NCBI GenBank assembly: GCA_963826525.1
Contig: CAWGXH010000003.1
Coordinates: 480,001 to 544,000 of the forward strand
Origin: an uncultured Methanomicrobiaceae archaeon
Lineage (GTDB): Archaea; Halobacteriota; Methanomicrobia; Methanomicrobiales; Methanoculleaceae
DNA: 64,000 nt
Direction: 5' to 3'
The position numbers and the translations under genes are program-made. A model generated the notes under the pieces. It saw only the letters and a program-made list of their open reading frames with translations, ran no database searches and had not been told where the DNA came from. Numbering within the stretch: the first letter of the stretch is position 1; each line of letters starts with the position of its first letter. Positions 61,683-64,000 of the stretch are shown here, piece after piece.

Positions 61683-62165
61683 ATGGTTACCGACCTCGAA
61701 GAGAAGATCAATTACTGTTTTCAAGATCAAGGCCTGCTGAAACGCGCCTTACTCCATCCGTCACGTACGAATGAAGAGAGACAGAAGCATACAGTCTGTG
61801 AAGATCAGGACGCTCTCCGGACGTTGGGCGACGCAGCGCTGAAAGTAATATTGTGCGATCTTCTCATGCGTTCAGGATATGCAACAAAAGGTGAAATCAC
61901 CATTAAGAAGAGCACTATCGAAAGCCGGCGGTTTCTTGCTGATTTAGGAAGGAAGTTTAATCTCCAGAATGCGATCCAGGTCGGAGAGGGAGCCAGAATG
62001 CAGAAGCATAACGAGGAATCGACCGTCATTGCCGAGACACTCGAAGCAATTATCGGGGCGATGTACCTGGATGGCGGATTCGATGCAACAATGAGTGTCG
62101 TCTCCGGATGGTACGAACCCAATTGGAATGAGATGCTGAAAGACGAGATTGCTTCGCAAGAATGA
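61683..62165 (+). CDS. RNase III catalytic-domain protein lacking dsRBD
   Basis: LEEKINY.F.D..LL.RAL.HPS, degenerate signature DALRTLGDA and AETLEAIIGAMYLDGG; 160 aa. Confidence 0.85.
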   Translation: MVTDLEEKINYCFQDQGLLKRALLHPSRTNEERQKHTVCEDQDALRTLGDAALKVILCDLLMRSGYATKGEITIKKSTIESRRFLADLGRKFNLQNAIQVGEGARMQKHNEESTVIAETLEAIIGAMYLDGGFDATMSVVSGWYEPNWNEMLKDEIASQE

Positions 62166-62345
62166 GAAACGCAAATGAATGCGCAGGCAAAACGCGTGCT
62201 CAGGCCTTCGCCCTCGCCACAGTAGTGAGGTGTGACTGCCACAGGACGGCACCCCGGCTCCGCAGGAAGTCGTGATTCCGGGGACGACTGTCGAAATCAG
62301 AACGCTATCGAGGTAATGGCTTGAACGAAGTATTGGCTTATCGCG

Positions 62346-63206
62346 TTACTCCTGCTCCCTCTCCCCGCGCCCCGGGAAAAAGCCTCGCGGCCTGGTTGCC
62401 GGATTCGTGAGGTACTCGAGGATGCGGTCGATCACTTCCGGGTTCCCCGGCAGGCGGAGGTGGCAGTAGGTCTCCGGCTCCCGGTGCAGCATCGCGGGGT
62501 CGAGCGGGAGAATGTCGTAGCCCGCCCCCGGCAGGTACGAGTCGGCGTGGGGAATGATGCCGTCGCCGGCATACGTCGTTTGCCAGGTCCCGTCCGGTTC
62601 GAAGACCCAGGTCTTCCCCTCGAACAGCGGGAAGAAGCCGGGCATCTCCGTGCGGTTGGCGCTCATGATCACCCGGTAGCGGATATCGTCACGGGTTCCG
62701 GCGGCGCGGAGAGCGGTCACGACCCGGCTCCCGGGGCGGAGGTCCTGGACGATGGCGTCGTCCGCCGGACGATACCTGTTTGGCACGAACGTTCCGGCGA
62801 GCAGCCGGATGACATCGGGGCCGTGGACGGGATCGTTGAAGAGCTCGGCCATCGATGACCCGTTGTTCGGCGGCCCGATGCCGATCAGGTTCCGGACGTG
62901 CTCTTCGCGGGTATCCCCGTCCAGCACCTCGAGTAGATAGCGGGTGGCGAGCGTTCCCATCGAATGGCAGATGACGTCGATCGCTCCCGCGTAGCCGCTC
63001 TCCTCCCGCATCCTGCAGATGTAGCCGTGCAGTGCGGCGGCTACGGCCGGCGCCGACTCGTCCCGCATCCCGGAATGGTCGAATTTCCAGGCAGGGATTC
63101 CCCGCTCCTCGAGTCGGATGCCCAGGCGTTTCCAGATCCCGGGGTGGCTCTTCCACCCGTGCACACATACGACCGGACAGTTCTCCTGGCTCACGGAAAC
63201 CCTCAC
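62346..63206 (-). CDS. Alpha/beta hydrolase (PGAP1-like esterase/lipase)
   Basis: VCVHGW, ICHSMG nucleophile elbow, GPPNNGS, GDGIIP and terminal His. Confidence 0.85.
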   Translation of the reverse strand: MRVSVSQENCPVVCVHGWKSHPGIWKRLGIRLEERGIPAWKFDHSGMRDESAPAVAAALHGYICRMREESGYAGAIDVICHSMGTLATRYLLEVLDGDTREEHVRNLIGIGPPNNGSSMAELFNDPVHGPDVIRLLAGTFVPNRYRPADDAIVQDLRPGSRVVTALRAAGTRDDIRYRVIMSANRTEMPGFFPLFEGKTWVFEPDGTWQTTYAGDGIIPHADSYLPGAGYDILPLDPAMLHREPETYCHLRLPGNPEVIDRILEYLTNPATRPRGFFPGRGEREQE

Positions 63207-63367
63207 GCTGCTGTAGAAGTGTATTCAGATTTGCTCCCCTGGCAGATGTAGCTTTTTGAGAGCGAGCGGCGGAGCGTCCCGGCCGGCACCGGGTATCCGG
63301 CTCCTTTGGGCGAGGCATCCGCCGTGTTCGAACCCTGCAGGAGCGCAGGCGGTGAAGCTCGCGGAGG

Positions 63368-63690
63368 TTACCTGAGGATGTCTTCAATCTTTTGTATCAG
63401 AACCTCAGCCTCGGTCCTCGAAATTGCCCCGGCGGTATCATAGACCGAGCTATGCCGCTTGCGACGCATCCGGTCGAATACGAGGGCATCACTCTCGTCG
63501 AGGAAATGTTCGGCAAACTTCACCACGGAGAGGTGCTGGTTCGCACCGCCCGGAGAATTGCATTATAGGCGATACTCTACGTCCAATCGCAATCGATTGG
63601 GAGGGGCGTGCGGGCAGTCTCGATGTCCCGGGTTCCTTCGGATCTTCTCGACGGGCCGCTGTTTAAGGGTGAGGAGTTGTCCGAGATTGA
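63368..63690 (-). pseudogene. Decayed HEPN-domain gene
   Basis: RDIETA..DCDWT*SIAYNAIL / NQHLSVVKFAEHFL...FDRMRRKRHSSVYDTAGAIS..EAE, with an internal stop and deletions. Confidence 0.7.
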
Positions 63691-63857
63691 GGATGGCCGC
63701 TCTCCCGGCCGGGTACCGCATCTTCAGCCGGCTTCTCCGCAGGGGATCCGTACATTTCTCCCGACGGGAGGGGTGCCCGGTGCCGACCACCGAATGGGAT
63801 ATCACTACGTCCGCCGATACCGGGGGCTGAGGCTATGGATCCCGGGGAGACGAGCAG

Positions 63858-64000
63858 ATGAGCAGAGGAAGATTTTCGGCGACGTTGGATCGGATAGAGG
63901 ACGGCCTGGCGGTACTCCTGCTCGAGGACGACGAATCGGTCGGCATCGCCGTGCCGGCACGCCTTCTGCCGGAGGGGACGAAGGAGGGAGAAACTCTCAT
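63858..64000 (+). CDS. DUF3006 family protein (partial)
   Basis: ATLDRIEDGLAVLLLE......VPARLLPEGTKEGETL; runs off the window end. Confidence 0.8.
   Translation, partial: MSRGRFSATLDRIEDGLAVLLLEDDESVGIAVPARLLPEGTKEGETL

Noticed and set aside
1-64000. CRISPR array, intact casposon, tRNA or rRNA genes
   Set aside because: No regularly spaced direct repeats, no PolB or full cas1, and no cloverleaf or rRNA-like sequence was recognised.

Overview
GC-rich archaeal DNA, most consistent with a Methanomicrobiales methanogen (Methanoculleus-like). The evidence is a DUF3821 S-layer-type gene, methanogen beta-propeller repeats, THD-type PAS histidine kinases and TATA-like promoters. No rRNA, tRNA or CRISPR array was found. 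The window has four zones. (1) 0.2-4.6 kb: AbiEi/AbiEii toxin-antitoxin pair, orphan HicB and a P3A H+-ATPase. (2) 4.9-32.5 kb: a patchwork accessory island. Intact cargo (DUF4331, flavodoxins, BASS, DUF6325/SHOCT, DUF1269, TMEM175, ClC, MBL hydrolase, DUF1254/1214, two paralogues of an unnamed family) is interleaved with 90-400 bp scraps of other genes, two MITE-like remnants, an ISH3 remnant and internal duplications. Two scraps match, from memory, the C-terminal HTH of a casposon Cas1 (casposase) and sit at identical spacing upstream of both flavodoxins. (3) 32.7-54.5 kb: a signalling block with a bacterial-type Wsp/ACF chemosensory operon whose output is a REC-PAS kinase, mosaic multi-PAS kinases, a DHp-only sensor, an S-layer-like gene and an orphan Dam-family methylase. 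(4) 54.6-64 kb: ClC, DUF3795, ABC exporter and a small defence-like cluster (MntA/HepT, Mrr-like nuclease, dsRBD-less RNase III, decayed HEPN). About 25 otherwise intact genes carry 1-2 bp indels. This looks like uncorrected long-read error, so they are annotated as CDS. All family assignments are motif recognition by eye; no searches were run.
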